A DNA stretch of 64,000 nt from a bacterium (GCA_021780675.1 JAJXYH010000034.1:19889-83888); one strand, 5' to 3'. Positions 1-10,145 are shown, counted from the first letter of the stretch. The notes: generated from the sequence alone by a model not told the origin. Program-made: numbers and translations.

Positions 1-1
1 T

Positions 2-139
2 TTATTTAAGTTAAATATGGAATTAAAGCAAAGAAAATTAAAAAAGACCAGCCAAGTATTTTGGAAGAGAAAGGAAATTGCAATGATACTTACGGCTTTA
101 AAAGAAAAGCAGTTAATAAAAAAGGAGGAGGAAAAATAA
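2..139 (+). CDS. rpmC: ribosomal protein L29, 3' partial (window edge)
   Basis: Frame ending at TAA 137-139 immediately before the S17 start. The translated tail (...KRKEIAMILTALKEKQ...) resembles the L29 C-terminus. Position upstream of rpsQ is the conserved one. Confidence 0.45.
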   Translation, partial: LFKLNMELKQRKLKKTSQVFWKRKEIAMILTALKEKQLIKKEEEK

Positions 140-373
140 ATGGTAAAAACATTTACAGGTAAAATTGTATCTTTAAAAATGAACAGAACAGCTGTTGTTG
201 AGATTACCAGAAGAACGGCACATCCTTTATATAAAAAACTTATTAAAAGAACATCAAGAATAAAGGCTGATACAGGAGATTTAACCTTAGAATTAGGTCA
301 AGCAATAAAAATTGCAGAAACAAAACCGATTTCTAAACAGAAATTCTTTAAAGTTACGGAGGTAATTAAATAA
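140..373 (+). CDS. rpsQ: 30S ribosomal protein S17
   Basis: 77-aa ORF with the typical S17 sequence ([17 protein letters not shown]...). Conserved position L29-S17-L14. Confidence 0.9.
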   Translation: MVKTFTGKIVSLKMNRTAVVEITRRTAHPLYKKLIKRTSRIKADTGDLTLELGQAIKIAETKPISKQKFFKVTEVIK

Positions 374-747
374 TGATACAGCATAGAACAATGTTAAAAG
401 TTGCGGATAACTCAGGAGCAAGAATTTTACAGGTTATCCATGTTTTCGGAGGATCCAAAAGAAGATTTGGATATATCGGCGATGTTTTGAATTGTGTTGT
501 TAAGGAAGCAATTCCTACAGGACAGGTTAAAGAAGGAGAGATTGTAAAAGTAGTTTTGGTAAGAGCAGCCAAAGAGCATAAAAGAGCAGACGGATCATAC
601 GTAAGGTTTTCGGATAATGCCGGTGTGGTAATCGATAACGCAAAAGATAAAAATCCAAGAGGAACAAGAATTTTCGGACCAATTGCAAGAGAAGTAAGAG
701 ATAGAGGATTTACAAGAATAGCCAGTATGGCAGTTGAGGTAGTTTAA
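373..747 (+). CDS. rplN: 50S ribosomal protein L14
   Basis: 124 aa; [17 protein letters not shown]... is the canonical L14 N-terminus. The start overlaps the S17 stop. Confidence 0.95.
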   Translation: MIQHRTMLKVADNSGARILQVIHVFGGSKRRFGYIGDVLNCVVKEAIPTGQVKEGEIVKVVLVRAAKEHKRADGSYVRFSDNAGVVIDNAKDKNPRGTRIFGPIAREVRDRGFTRIASMAVEVV

Positions 748-748
748 T

Positions 749-1054
749 ATGAAAATTAAAAAAGGCGATAGCGTAAAAATTATTAGAGGAAAAGATAAGG
801 GAAAAGACGGTAAAGTTGAAAAAGTTTTTCCAAAAGACGGTAAGGTTTTGGTATCTAATATTAATCAGTATAAAAGACATCTTAAGGCAAGAAGCGAAAC
901 CGAGCCTTCGGAGATTGTAACTTTAACAAAACCGTTACCTGAGGAAAATGTTGTTTTGGTCTGTCCTAAATGTCATAAGACAACAAGAATTGGTTACAAA
1001 TTAGAAAAAAACAAAAAATTAAGAATTTGCAAAAAGTGCAAATCGGAGATTTAA
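749..1054 (+). CDS. rplX: 50S ribosomal protein L24 with C-terminal C4 zinc-ribbon extension
   Basis: KOW-like N-terminus (KIKKGDSVKIIRGKDKGKDGKV). C-terminal CPKC...CKKC motif. Confidence 0.9.
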   Translation: MKIKKGDSVKIIRGKDKGKDGKVEKVFPKDGKVLVSNINQYKRHLKARSETEPSEIVTLTKPLPEENVVLVCPKCHKTTRIGYKLEKNKKLRICKKCKSEI

Positions 1055-1058
1055 AAAT

Positions 1059-1616
1059 ATGGATAATACAAATATAAAAAATTCATTACAAGACAGATAC
1101 AATAAAGAAATTAGTAAAAAGCTCCAGCAGGAGTTGGGGATAAAGAATGTTTTGGCAACACCTAAGCTTTCCAAAATCATAATTAATATGGGTGTAAAAG
1201 ATGCGGTTTCGGATAAAAAACATATGGAAAAAGGAGTGGAAATTTTAGCACAAATAACCGGACAAAAACCAAAGGTTATGAAGGCTAAGAAATCAATTTC
1301 TTCATTTAAACTTAGGGCTGGAGAAGAAATAGCACTTATGGTAACATTACGTGGGAAAAGAATGTATGATTTTTATCAAAAATTAACAGACATTGTTTTT
1401 CCAAGATTTAGGGATTTCCACGGAGTTAAAAAGACCAGTTTCGACGGAAAAGGAAATTATTCAATGGGTTTTTCCGAAAGTACTGTTTTTCCCGAAATTG
1501 ATCCTAGCAAAATCGATAGAATTCAAGGATTTGAAGTATCTGTTGTAACAACGGCAAAAAACGATGAACAGGGTTTTGCATTATTAAAGGCACTGGGGAT
1601 GCCTTTTGTTAAATAA
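1059..1616 (+). CDS. rplE: 50S ribosomal protein L5
   Basis: 185 aa; conserved L5 sequence and operon position. Confidence 0.9.
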   Translation: MDNTNIKNSLQDRYNKEISKKLQQELGIKNVLATPKLSKIIINMGVKDAVSDKKHMEKGVEILAQITGQKPKVMKAKKSISSFKLRAGEEIALMVTLRGKRMYDFYQKLTDIVFPRFRDFHGVKKTSFDGKGNYSMGFSESTVFPEIDPSKIDRIQGFEVSVVTTAKNDEQGFALLKALGMPFVK

Positions 1617-1620
1617 AAAT

Positions 1621-1806
1621 ATGGCAAAGAAATCAGATGTAGCAAAATTTAATAAAAAACAGAAGTTTACAGTAAGACACGTAAACAGATGTAGTCTTTG
1701 TGGAAGATCCAGAGCTTATATGCGAAGGTTTGGAATTTGCAGAATTTGCTTTAGGGAACTTGCACAGAAAGGAGAGTTACCGGGAGTAGTTAAATCTACC
1801 TGGTAA
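1621..1806 (+). CDS. rpsZ: 30S ribosomal protein S14, zinc-binding type Z (61 aa)
   Basis: [10 protein letters not shown]... with CSLCGR...CRIC zinc motif. The internal ATG at 1621 gives the canonical 61-aa length. The ORF track start at 1606 overlaps rplE. Confidence 0.9.
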   Translation: MAKKSDVAKFNKKQKFTVRHVNRCSLCGRSRAYMRRFGICRICFRELAQKGELPGVVKSTW

Positions 1807-1812
1807 AAATAT

Positions 1813-2205
1813 ATGAACCATTTAGTATCGGACTTTATTATTAGAATTAAAAATAGCGCTCTTTCAAAAAGGAAAGAAGTATTATTGCCTTTTTCCAACA
1901 TTAACAAAGAGATTGGAAAAGTGTTGGTAAAAGAAGGGTTTTTAGAAAGCATAAAAGAGGAATCAACTAAAGGTAAAAAAGAGTTAAAAGCAGTCATCAG
2001 CTATGATGATAGAACCCCGGTTTTAACTAATGTAATAATTATGTCTAAGCCATCACTTCGAATTTATTCAACGAGCAAAAAACTTTCTGAAATTGCAAAA
2101 AGAGGGAGAAGAAAAGTTATTGTTTCAACAAGTAAAGGAGTAATGACATCATTTGAAGCGCAAAAGAAAGGATTGGGAGGAGAAGTGCTCTTCTCTATTT
2201 GGTAA
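1813..2205 (+). CDS. rpsH: 30S ribosomal protein S8
   Basis: 130 aa; the S8-like N-terminus (DFIIRIKNS) and operon position. Confidence 0.9.
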   Translation: MNHLVSDFIIRIKNSALSKRKEVLLPFSNINKEIGKVLVKEGFLESIKEESTKGKKELKAVISYDDRTPVLTNVIIMSKPSLRIYSTSKKLSEIAKRGRRKVIVSTSKGVMTSFEAQKKGLGGEVLFSIW

Positions 2206-2210
2206 TAGAT

Positions 2211-2771
2211 ATGTCAAAAATTGCAAAAAAACCAATTGAATTAAAAACAGGCGTAACTTTAACAATGCAAGGAATTAAAGCAACTGTTGCAGGTCCTAAG
2301 GGTACTCTTAATTTCGACGTACCAAAGGGTATAAAAGCAGAAGTAAAGGAAAATCAAATTGTTGTTTCGCAGGTTAAGGAAAACGATAAACTTACAAATG
2401 CACTCTTTGGTTTAACCAGAGCAACACTTGCAAATTTTGTTAAAGGGGTAAGTGAGGGTTTTGAGAAAAAGCTGGAATTAACAGGCGTTGGATATAGAGC
2501 ACAAGGGTCGGGGAATAATCTAACCTTAAATCTTGGATTTTCTCATCCTGTAATTATTAATGCAGATCCGGGCATTCAATTTAAAGTAGAAGAAAATGTA
2601 ATATCAATTTCCGGTATAGATAAAATAATTGTCGGCGATACGGCTGCAAAGGTAAGAGCACTAAGACCGCCGGAGCCATATAAAGGAAAAGGAATAAAAT
2701 ATGTAGGGGAAAGAATTAGAAGAAAAGCAGGAAAAGCGGCTAAGGCGGTAGGAGGAGCCGGAGGTAAATAA
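2211..2771 (+). CDS. rplF: 50S ribosomal protein L6
   Basis: MSKIAKKPIELK... L6 N-terminus. The ATG at 2211 avoids overlap with the rpsH stop (2203-2205). Confidence 0.9.
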   Translation: MSKIAKKPIELKTGVTLTMQGIKATVAGPKGTLNFDVPKGIKAEVKENQIVVSQVKENDKLTNALFGLTRATLANFVKGVSEGFEKKLELTGVGYRAQGSGNNLTLNLGFSHPVIINADPGIQFKVEENVISISGIDKIIVGDTAAKVRALRPPEPYKGKGIKYVGERIRRKAGKAAKAVGGAGGK

Positions 2772-2777
2772 ATTTAT

Positions 2778-3119
2778 ATGCAAAAAAATTCAAAAATATT
2801 AAGACAAACAAGAATAAGAGCTAAAGTTAAAGTAAATGTTAATAGACCAAGGCTTTCTGTTTACAGGTCTAATAAATATATCTATGCGCAAGTTATTGAT
2901 GATGTTAATTCAAAAACAGTAGTTGGATTATCGGAAAAAGCATTAACCAAAAAAGCTAAAACCAAAACAGAAAATGCTAAAGAATTAGGTATAGCTATTG
3001 CTAAAAAAGCAATTCAAAAAAAAGTTGAAAATGTTGTCTTTGACAAAGGTTCATATAAATATCACGGAAGAGTAAAAGCATTAGCAGAGGGAGCAAGGGA
3101 AGGAGGTCTTAAGTTTTAA
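2778..3119 (+). CDS. rplR: 50S ribosomal protein L18
   Basis: 113 aa; L18-like sequence and position. Confidence 0.9.
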   Translation: MQKNSKILRQTRIRAKVKVNVNRPRLSVYRSNKYIYAQVIDDVNSKTVVGLSEKALTKKAKTKTENAKELGIAIAKKAIQKKVENVVFDKGSYKYHGRVKALAEGAREGGLKF

Positions 3120-3120
3120 T

Positions 3121-3651
3121 ATGGATAGGAATTTACAAAAAATGGAACGAGAAAGAAATCAAGACGGATTTGAAGAAAAGATAGTACAGGTTTCAAGAGT
3201 TTCTAAAAAAACCAAGGGTGGAAATAAAATTGGATTTTCAGTTCTTATGGTTGTTGGGAATAAAAGTGGAAAAGTAGGAGTAGGTTTAGGTAAAGCCGGA
3301 GACGTATCCCAGGCAATTAAAAAGGGAGTTTCTCTTGCAAAAAAACACGCAATTGAAGTACCGATTATAAACGGATCTATTCCTTTTGAATTTTATATTA
3401 AATTAGGAGCAGCAAAAGTTATCTTAAAACCTGCACCAACCGGTTCTGGTGTTATTGCAGGAGGAGCTGTAAGAAGTGTTGTTTCTTTAGCCGGAATTTC
3501 CAATATTTCTTCAAAAGTTTTAGGTACGGGAAACCAGGCAAGCAATGTTTACGCAACGATAGAAGCTCTAAAGAGATTATCTGAAAGATACAAAAGAGAA
3601 TTAAAAAGAAAGGAAGCCCGCGTTTCGCGAAAAGCTAAGGAGAGTAAATAA
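3121..3651 (+). CDS. rpsE: 30S ribosomal protein S5
   Basis: 176 aa; dsRBD plus S5 C-domain sequence (VGNKSGKVGVGLGKAGDV). Confidence 0.9.
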   Translation: MDRNLQKMERERNQDGFEEKIVQVSRVSKKTKGGNKIGFSVLMVVGNKSGKVGVGLGKAGDVSQAIKKGVSLAKKHAIEVPIINGSIPFEFYIKLGAAKVILKPAPTGSGVIAGGAVRSVVSLAGISNISSKVLGTGNQASNVYATIEALKRLSERYKRELKRKEARVSRKAKESK

Positions 3652-3654
3652 AAC

Positions 3655-4095
3655 ATGCAGCTAAATAAATTAACAAAAATTACAACTAAACCAAAAAGAA
3701 GATTGGGACAGGGTCATGGATCGGGGCGGGTAAAAACTTCGGGAAGAGGTACAAAAGGACAAAATGCCAGAAGTTCGAGGCCTTTATCTTTTGAAGGAGG
3801 AGCACTTCCTTTAATAAAAAGATTACCGTTTAGAAGGGGAAAAGACAGGAATAAAGTCTATAAAATTAAACCGATTATAGTTAATATAAAAGTTTTAAAT
3901 CTCTTAAAAGTAAATTCGGTTGTAGACTTAAAAACGCTGGTAAGTAATAATATAGTTAATGAGCAGGATGCAAAAACTTATGGTGTTAAAATACTTGGAG
4001 ATGGAAAATTGCAGCACGCACTTACTATAAAACTGCCTGTATCAAAGGGTGCGGAAAGCAAAATTAAAAAAGCAGGCGGAAAAATAGAAAAATAA
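3655..4095 (+). CDS. rplO: 50S ribosomal protein L15 (directly follows S5; no L30 gene)
   Basis: 146 aa; L15-like glycine/arginine-rich N-terminus. Only 3 nt separate it from the rpsE stop. Confidence 0.9.
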   Translation: MQLNKLTKITTKPKRRLGQGHGSGRVKTSGRGTKGQNARSSRPLSFEGGALPLIKRLPFRRGKDRNKVYKIKPIIVNIKVLNLLKVNSVVDLKTLVSNNIVNEQDAKTYGVKILGDGKLQHALTIKLPVSKGAESKIKKAGGKIEK

Positions 4096-4100
4096 ATTAA

Positions 4101-5390
4101 ATGGATAAAATTCTTGCCATTTTCAGAAACAGCGTAAAATCGCCGGATGTAAGAAAGAAACTTTTGTTTACCGGATTAATATTTTTAGTCGCAAGAATCT
4201 TTGCACATATTCCGGTTCCCGGGGTAAATCTTGCACAACTTCACGCACTTTTTTCTCAAAACCAATTCTTAGCGCTTTTAGATGTTTTCTCAGGAGGAAC
4301 CCTTGCAAATTTTTCGGTAATGGCACTTGGACTTAACCCTTACATTAATGCTTCGATCATTCTGCAGCTTCTAACCATGGTTTTTCCTAAGATTGAGGAA
4401 ATGCAAAAAGAGGGAGAAGCGGGGAGGCAAAAAGTTAACCAGTGGACGAGAATAATTACGGTGCCTCTTGCGGTTTTGCAAGCAATTGGTATGTACGCAC
4501 TTTTAAGAAACCAAGGACTAATTTCCAACTTAAATGTTTTAAGTCTTATTTCTTTGGTAGTAACAATGACTGCGGGAACAATGCTTATGGTGTGGCTTGG
4601 GGAACTAATTACCGACAGGGGAATTGGTAATGGAATATCACTTCTTATTTTTGCCGGTATCGTCTCAAGACTTCCGGTTGCATTTTCCCAAACTGCAACA
4701 ACGGTTAATGCCCAAAATTTCTTTAACTTGGGAGTATTTATTGTAATGGGGATTTTTGTTATCGCATCAATTGTTATTATTAACGAAGCGACCAGGCAGA
4801 TTACGGTTTATTACGCAAAGCAGGTTAGAGGAAATAAAATGTACGGAGGACAATCAACGCATTTACCATTAAGGCTTAATCAGGCAGGAGTAATCCCGAT
4901 TATTTTTGCAGTTTCCTTAGTACTTCTTCCATCTCTTGTTGCTAATTATTTGGCAGTTGCCAAAAATCCGATTTTACATAATATCGGAACAAGTATTGGT
5001 CTTTGGTTTACTCCAACAGGATTTTTATATAACGCCATTTACTTTATCTTAGTTGTTGGATTTACTTACTTTTATACGGCAGTTATTTTTAATCCTAAAA
5101 AAATTGCAGAGGAAATACAAAAATATGGTGGGTTTATTCCCGGTATTAGGCCGGGTTCACCAACCGCAAAATACTTAAACTATATCTTAACAAGAATTAC
5201 TTTGGCAGGAGCGTTATTTTTAGGATTTATTGCAATTTTTCCAACCGTTGCAAGACTTTTTACCAACGTTCAAAACCTGGTTTTGGGAGGAACAGGTATA
5301 TTAATTGTAGTTTCAGTCGTACTTGAGACCATTAAAGCAATAGAAGCGCAGCTTGTAATGAGAAATTACGAAGGATACGCAAACAGATAA
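4101..5390 (+). CDS. secY: preprotein translocase subunit SecY
   Basis: 429 aa multi-TM protein with SecY signature regions. Conserved position after rplO. Confidence 0.95.
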   Translation: MDKILAIFRNSVKSPDVRKKLLFTGLIFLVARIFAHIPVPGVNLAQLHALFSQNQFLALLDVFSGGTLANFSVMALGLNPYINASIILQLLTMVFPKIEEMQKEGEAGRQKVNQWTRIITVPLAVLQAIGMYALLRNQGLISNLNVLSLISLVVTMTAGTMLMVWLGELITDRGIGNGISLLIFAGIVSRLPVAFSQTATTVNAQNFFNLGVFIVMGIFVIASIVIINEATRQITVYYAKQVRGNKMYGGQSTHLPLRLNQAGVIPIIFAVSLVLLPSLVANYLAVAKNPILHNIGTSIGLWFTPTGFLYNAIYFILVVGFTYFYTAVIFNPKKIAEEIQKYGGFIPGIRPGSPTAKYLNYILTRITLAGALFLGFIAIFPTVARLFTNVQNLVLGGTGILIVVSVVLETIKAIEAQLVMRNYEGYANR

Positions 5391-5394
5391 ATAT

Positions 5395-5928
5395 ATGAAA
5401 ATAATTTTAATCGGAATTCAAGGATCAGGTAAGTCAACACAGGGTAACTTACTCGCAGAAAGTCTTAAATTACCATATCTTTCAACTGGGCATATATTCA
5501 GGGAAATGGCAAAGGAAAAAACTCCTGAAGGAAGGTATATTAAAGAAACCATTAATGCGGGATTTTTAATTCCCGACCACAGAACTTACGAAATAGTTAA
5601 GGAGTACCTTTCCCGTTCGGAGTATCAAAAAGGTTATATTTTAGATGGATTTCCAAGAACAGTTAAACAGGCTGAAGAATTCAAAGATGAAATCGATTAT
5701 GTTTTTTATTTTAAAGTTTCCGACAAGGAGGCTTTGTGGAGAATATCCGGAAGAGACGACGAAAGGGATGATGAAACACTGCAGGCAATAAGAAGAAGGA
5801 TTGCTCAATTCCATGAAGTAACGGAACCTGTTTTGGATTATTATAGAAAGAAAAGGTTGCTTGTAGATATGGATGGTGAAGAGACAATAGAACGAATACA
5901 TAAAGATATAATGAGGGTTCTTCGATAA
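5395..5928 (+). CDS. adk: adenylate kinase, short-LID (AK1-like) form
   Basis: P-loop GIQGSGKSTQ. The LID is reduced to SGRDDERDDE with no zinc knuckle. 177 aa. Confidence 0.8.
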   Translation: MKIILIGIQGSGKSTQGNLLAESLKLPYLSTGHIFREMAKEKTPEGRYIKETINAGFLIPDHRTYEIVKEYLSRSEYQKGYILDGFPRTVKQAEEFKDEIDYVFYFKVSDKEALWRISGRDDERDDETLQAIRRRIAQFHEVTEPVLDYYRKKRLLVDMDGEETIERIHKDIMRVLR

Positions 5929-5969
5929 ATCCTAAGTGGTAGGATTTATAATTTCTCCACTAATAAACT

Positions 5970-6686
5970 ATGAATAGTAAAGGTTTTGTAATTGCAATTG
6001 ACGGTCCGGCTGCTTCCGGGAAGGGAACTATTACCAAGATGTTAACGACATCTTTAAAGGGAGTTAATATCTACACGGGAGGCATGTATAGAGCACTGGC
6101 GTTAAAGTGTTTGCGGGAAAAAGTTTCATTCGAAGATAAAGAAGGAATTATTAAATTATTAGAAAATGTAAATATTTCGCTTGGAGTAGAAGATAATTTA
6201 AGTGAAGTTGCAAAAATTTACTTGGACGGAGAAGATGTTACCGAAGAAATCAAAACGCCGCAGGTAGGAATCGGCGCAGGGAAGGTAGTTTTAATTTCGC
6301 AGGTTAGAGCAGAAATGGTTAAAAGGCAATTTAAAATAGCAGAAAAACTGGTAAGGGAAGGAAAAGTTGTAATCTTTGATGGGCAAGACACTGCTCTTAT
6401 TTACCCTGATGCAAAGTTAAAGATTTTTTTAATAGCAAGTCAAAAAGCCCGCGCAATAAGAAGACAAAAACAATATGAAAAGGCGGGACTTAAGAAGTCA
6501 GAAGAAGAAATGTTTTTGGAAATAAAAGACAGAGACGAAAGAGATTGGAATAGGGATTTGCGTCCTCTTTCCAAAGATCCCGTTGGAGACGGATATTTTT
6601 TAATTGATAGTACAAATCTAGATGAAAATAAAACATTTAGAGTTATAATAGATGAGTTAAAAAAGAAAAGGGTAATTTATGATTAA
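5970..6686 (+). CDS. cmk: cytidylate kinase
   Basis: IAIDGPAASGKGT P-loop typical of Cmk; 238 aa. Confidence 0.8.
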   Translation: MNSKGFVIAIDGPAASGKGTITKMLTTSLKGVNIYTGGMYRALALKCLREKVSFEDKEGIIKLLENVNISLGVEDNLSEVAKIYLDGEDVTEEIKTPQVGIGAGKVVLISQVRAEMVKRQFKIAEKLVREGKVVIFDGQDTALIYPDAKLKIFLIASQKARAIRRQKQYEKAGLKKSEEEMFLEIKDRDERDWNRDLRPLSKDPVGDGYFLIDSTNLDENKTFRVIIDELKKKRVIYD

Positions 6687-7431
6687 AATTAAAACACCCC
6701 AAGAAGTTAAAATAATGGAGAAAAGCGGTCAGATGCTTTCCGAAGCTATGTGGGGGCTTGTTAAAGCAATTAAACCGGGTATGAGTGAAATTGAATTGGA
6801 TGTACTGGCAGAAAGACTAATAAAAGAAAAAGGTGGGGAATCCGGATTTAAAAAAGTCGAGGGTTATAAACATACGGTTTGTATGTCTACAAACGATGTA
6901 TGTGTTCATGGAATTCCGTCTAATTATAAGTTTAAAAACGGTGATGTAGTAGGAATTGACTGTGGAGTTTACTACAACGGATTCCACACCGATATGTCGG
7001 AAACGGTTGTTATTGGCGGTACATCTAAACAAGTAGAAAAGTTCCTTAATATCGGCAAAAAAGCCCTCGAGGAAGGCATAAAGCAAGCTAAAGTAGGAAA
7101 TCATGTAGGAGACATTTCTAAGGCTATACAGGACATTGTAGAGGCTCAAAATGGCTACTCTGTAGTTAGAAGTCTGGTTGGACACGGTGTTGGCAGGGAA
7201 TTACATGAAGATCCCGAAATTCCAGGTTATATACATGGAAAAATTGAGAAATCACCGCTTCTTAAAGAAGGAATGGTTATAGCAATTGAGGTTATCTATA
7301 ATATGGGAAAATCAGATTTAACAATTGATGATGATGGTTGGACACTTAGGACGCGGGATGGTTCACTTTCTGGGTTATTCGAGAGAACAATTGCAATAAC
7401 AATGGCAGGTCCTAAAGTTTTAACACCATAG
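6679..7431 (+). CDS. map: methionine aminopeptidase type I
   Basis: 250 aa; pita-bread fold motifs (VCHGIP, GIDCG, HED) in the conserved position after adk. Confidence 0.9.
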   Translation: MIKIKTPQEVKIMEKSGQMLSEAMWGLVKAIKPGMSEIELDVLAERLIKEKGGESGFKKVEGYKHTVCMSTNDVCVHGIPSNYKFKNGDVVGIDCGVYYNGFHTDMSETVVIGGTSKQVEKFLNIGKKALEEGIKQAKVGNHVGDISKAIQDIVEAQNGYSVVRSLVGHGVGRELHEDPEIPGYIHGKIEKSPLLKEGMVIAIEVIYNMGKSDLTIDDDGWTLRTRDGSLSGLFERTIAITMAGPKVLTP

Positions 7432-7482
7432 CTTTATAAATATTATCTTAATATTACATTGCATTTAAATTAAAATAAAATA

Positions 7483-8046
7483 ATGTATAATTATTTTATG
7501 AAAATACTTCATTTTTCAGATCATGATGATCCAGAATTAAAAAATTTATTTGATTTATGCGATGTTTTAATATCAACAGGAGATTTGTCAACTTTTTCTT
7601 TCGAAGAAATAAGAGATGTTATATCTAGTAAACCTGCTTTTGGTGTATACGGAAATCATGATGCTCCCACATACCTAGAAAATTTAGGTATTCAGAATGT
7701 TCATCTAAAAACTGTTCAATTTGGGAATATGGTAATTGGGGGATATCAAGGGTGTCCCCGATATAAGCCCGGCGGAGGCCCACAATTTACCGAGTATGAA
7801 GCTTTAAGAGATTTGGCAAATTTCCCCCGCGTAGATATTCTCTTGTTGCATGCTGCACCTTTTGGATTATTAGATACTCCGGGAGATATTGTGCATAAAG
7901 GATCAAAAGCAGTTAGAGACTATGTTGACCGAACAAAACCGTTATATATATTTTGTGGTCATGATTCTCCTTCGGAGGAAATGGTATACGGTAATACTAA
8001 AATTTATCGAACTGATAGAGCAAAATTAATTCAAGTAGATTTATAA
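7483..8046 (+). CDS. calcineurin-like metallophosphoesterase
   Basis: Motifs HFSDHDD, TGDL, GNHD, CGHD in a 187-aa ORF. It interrupts the conserved map-infA junction. Confidence 0.65.
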   Translation: MYNYFMKILHFSDHDDPELKNLFDLCDVLISTGDLSTFSFEEIRDVISSKPAFGVYGNHDAPTYLENLGIQNVHLKTVQFGNMVIGGYQGCPRYKPGGGPQFTEYEALRDLANFPRVDILLLHAAPFGLLDTPGDIVHKGSKAVRDYVDRTKPLYIFCGHDSPSEEMVYGNTKIYRTDRAKLIQVDL

Positions 8047-8127
8047 GTTTACTTTAGTTTTTAATAAACGGTAGCAACAGAAAACTCCGGACCAAAAGTT
8101 TTTTTGCCTTTATACCCTAAACAAAAA

Positions 8128-8156
8128 TTGACATAAATATAAATTAAATTTATTAT
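8128..8156 (+). promoter_or_regulatory. sigma70-like promoter for the inserted gene at 8164
   Basis: TTGACA (8128-8133), 17-nt spacer, TATTAT (8151-8156), 7 nt before the ATG at 8164. Confidence 0.5.
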
Positions 8157-8163
8157 TAATATA

Positions 8164-9285
8164 ATGCCTGATATCCAAGAGGATAATTTACATCAACCAA
8201 AGCCCAATATTCCTATTCCAACAGGAATTAATACTTCTATTTATAGAGAAGAGATTCCCCAAAATTCATCACAAAGGCAAATAAAATATCCACCCTTTTT
8301 ATGGGATAAGACTCAAGATTTAATAAGACAGATTGAAGAAAAGATAAATATGAAAATTTTAGTATATTTTACAAGCAATACAACAAGAATAACCAATGAT
8401 GATGTTGAATATTTTTTTGCTCATTTAAGAGAGATTGAGCCAGGGACATCCTTGGGATTAATATTAATAAGTAACGGTGGATCGGTTACTGCTTCGTGGA
8501 GAATTGCTAGTTTATTAAGATCTTATTGCAAAGATTTAACTGTGATTATTCCAAGTAGGTGCGCATCAGCTGCCACACTTTTAAGTTTATCAGCAGATAA
8601 GATTTTATTTGGTCCTACAGGATTTTTAACTGCGATAGATTCCTCCATGATGCACGAATTAAATCCGAGGCCAAACGAAAAAGCCCAACCTGTTTCAGTA
8701 TCTGTAGATCAAGTTAACAGAATAAGTAATTATATTATAGAGGATTTAAAAAATCATCCAAACGGAAAAGGTGCATCCGAAATTATGTTTGAGAAAATCC
8801 ATCCCATCGTATTTGCTGAATTACAAAGATCAAGTAGTTTAAGTAAATTAGTTGCTAAAAATATGATGAAATTAAGAATTAATCCACCATCAGAAGAAGA
8901 GACTCTGAAAATTGCAAATTTACTTAATGATGCTTATCCTGCACATATTTATCCCATTGTTTTTAAGGAAGCATCGGAAATGGGACTTCCTGTAGAAAAA
9001 ACTTCCAATGAATTATCTTCTTTATTATGGGAAATGGTAAAAATATACGTTTTAATTACAAAACCAGTTTATAGCGATTTAACAAGTATTTCATATCATT
9101 TTGAAGAAATGCCGGTAGTAATTGAATCTTTAAATAAAAGAACATATTATGCTATTTCAAAAGATAGCAAAATTTCCGATGCAACCAAGCTATGGTATAG
9201 AGATAATGATAAAACAGGGTGGTATGTTGCTAAAAAAAATAATAACCTCGAACAGAATCCAGTAATAAGTCAAATTTTAGATTAA
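8164..9285 (+). CDS. SDH-family / ClpP-fold (S49-like) serine protease homolog
   Basis: ILISNGGSVTASWRIASLL...CASAATLLSLSADKILFGPTGFLTAIDSS matches the ClpP/SppA/SDH proteinase core. 373 aa. Confidence 0.5.
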   Translation: MPDIQEDNLHQPKPNIPIPTGINTSIYREEIPQNSSQRQIKYPPFLWDKTQDLIRQIEEKINMKILVYFTSNTTRITNDDVEYFFAHLREIEPGTSLGLILISNGGSVTASWRIASLLRSYCKDLTVIIPSRCASAATLLSLSADKILFGPTGFLTAIDSSMMHELNPRPNEKAQPVSVSVDQVNRISNYIIEDLKNHPNGKGASEIMFEKIHPIVFAELQRSSSLSKLVAKNMMKLRINPPSEEETLKIANLLNDAYPAHIYPIVFKEASEMGLPVEKTSNELSSLLWEMVKIYVLITKPVYSDLTSISYHFEEMPVVIESLNKRTYYAISKDSKISDATKLWYRDNDKTGWYVAKKNNNLEQNPVISQILD

Positions 9286-9386
9286 ATTCCCTATCGACTA
9301 TCTAGTTTTAAAAGGAGAAATGTCGAATATGTCCCAATCTTTTACATAGAGTTGTATTCTATGATTGTTTTTGTAATAATTTTATT

Positions 9387-9812
9387 ATGACGGTTGTCAG
9401 GACTTTTAAGTGTAATAAATGTGATTTTTCTTTTAAGGGAGCAAACATATATGGTTTTGTAGCATATGATGATAACGGGAATAGATATTCTTGTAATGCA
9501 AGACCCGATAAAGTTGCTGAAACAATTTCGAAGGTGTTTAATTTGTCTCCTGAAATAGCTGAGAAATGGGCTAATTTTAAAAATGACGAAGTCCCTGAAG
9601 ATATCAGGAAAAAATTAGCAGACAATACTGGTATGGAGTCTTTATTTATATGCTTAAATTGCCTTGCGGAAAACTATATTTATGTAAGAAGAGATAAGCT
9701 TCGATGTTCAAAATGTAATTCTGTATCGATTATGAGTCCTTATGATTGTTGTCCAAAATGTAGAGAAGGTAAAATCGAAGCGGAGGGCATCCTTAAACCT
9801 TCTGATAAATAA
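9387..9812 (+). CDS. double zinc-ribbon protein (hypothetical)
   Basis: Four CxxC pairs (CNKC, CLNC, CSKC, CPKC) in 141 aa. Confidence 0.5.
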   Translation: MTVVRTFKCNKCDFSFKGANIYGFVAYDDNGNRYSCNARPDKVAETISKVFNLSPEIAEKWANFKNDEVPEDIRKKLADNTGMESLFICLNCLAENYIYVRRDKLRCSKCNSVSIMSPYDCCPKCREGKIEAEGILKPSDK

Positions 9813-9924
9813 AGAAAGTTTGTGTTGTGCACTGTTTGAATAATTGCTCTTTTTAAAGACTTTTGCTATAATCAACTAATAAATTCTAAATCCATGAAGA
9901 TCATGGTATAGGATTTGTATTTTT

Positions 9925-10143
9925 ATGGCTCATCAGGGATCAATAGAAATGGACGGGATAGTAAAAGAATCTCTTCCCAATACTTTATTTAGGGTTGAGC
10001 TTGAAAATGGTCAAATCATACTTTGTCACTTATCAGGTAAAATGAGAATGAATTTTATAAAAATTCTTCCCGGAGATAAGGTAAAAGTAGAAATGACCCC
10101 ATACGATAAGGAAAAGGGAAGAATAATTTATAGAGGGAAATAA
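9925..10143 (+). CDS. infA: translation initiation factor IF-1
   Basis: 72 aa S1-like OB fold ([31 protein letters not shown]). Confidence 0.95.
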   Translation: MAHQGSIEMDGIVKESLPNTLFRVELENGQIILCHLSGKMRMNFIKILPGDKVKVEMTPYDKEKGRIIYRGK

Positions 10144-10145
10144 TT

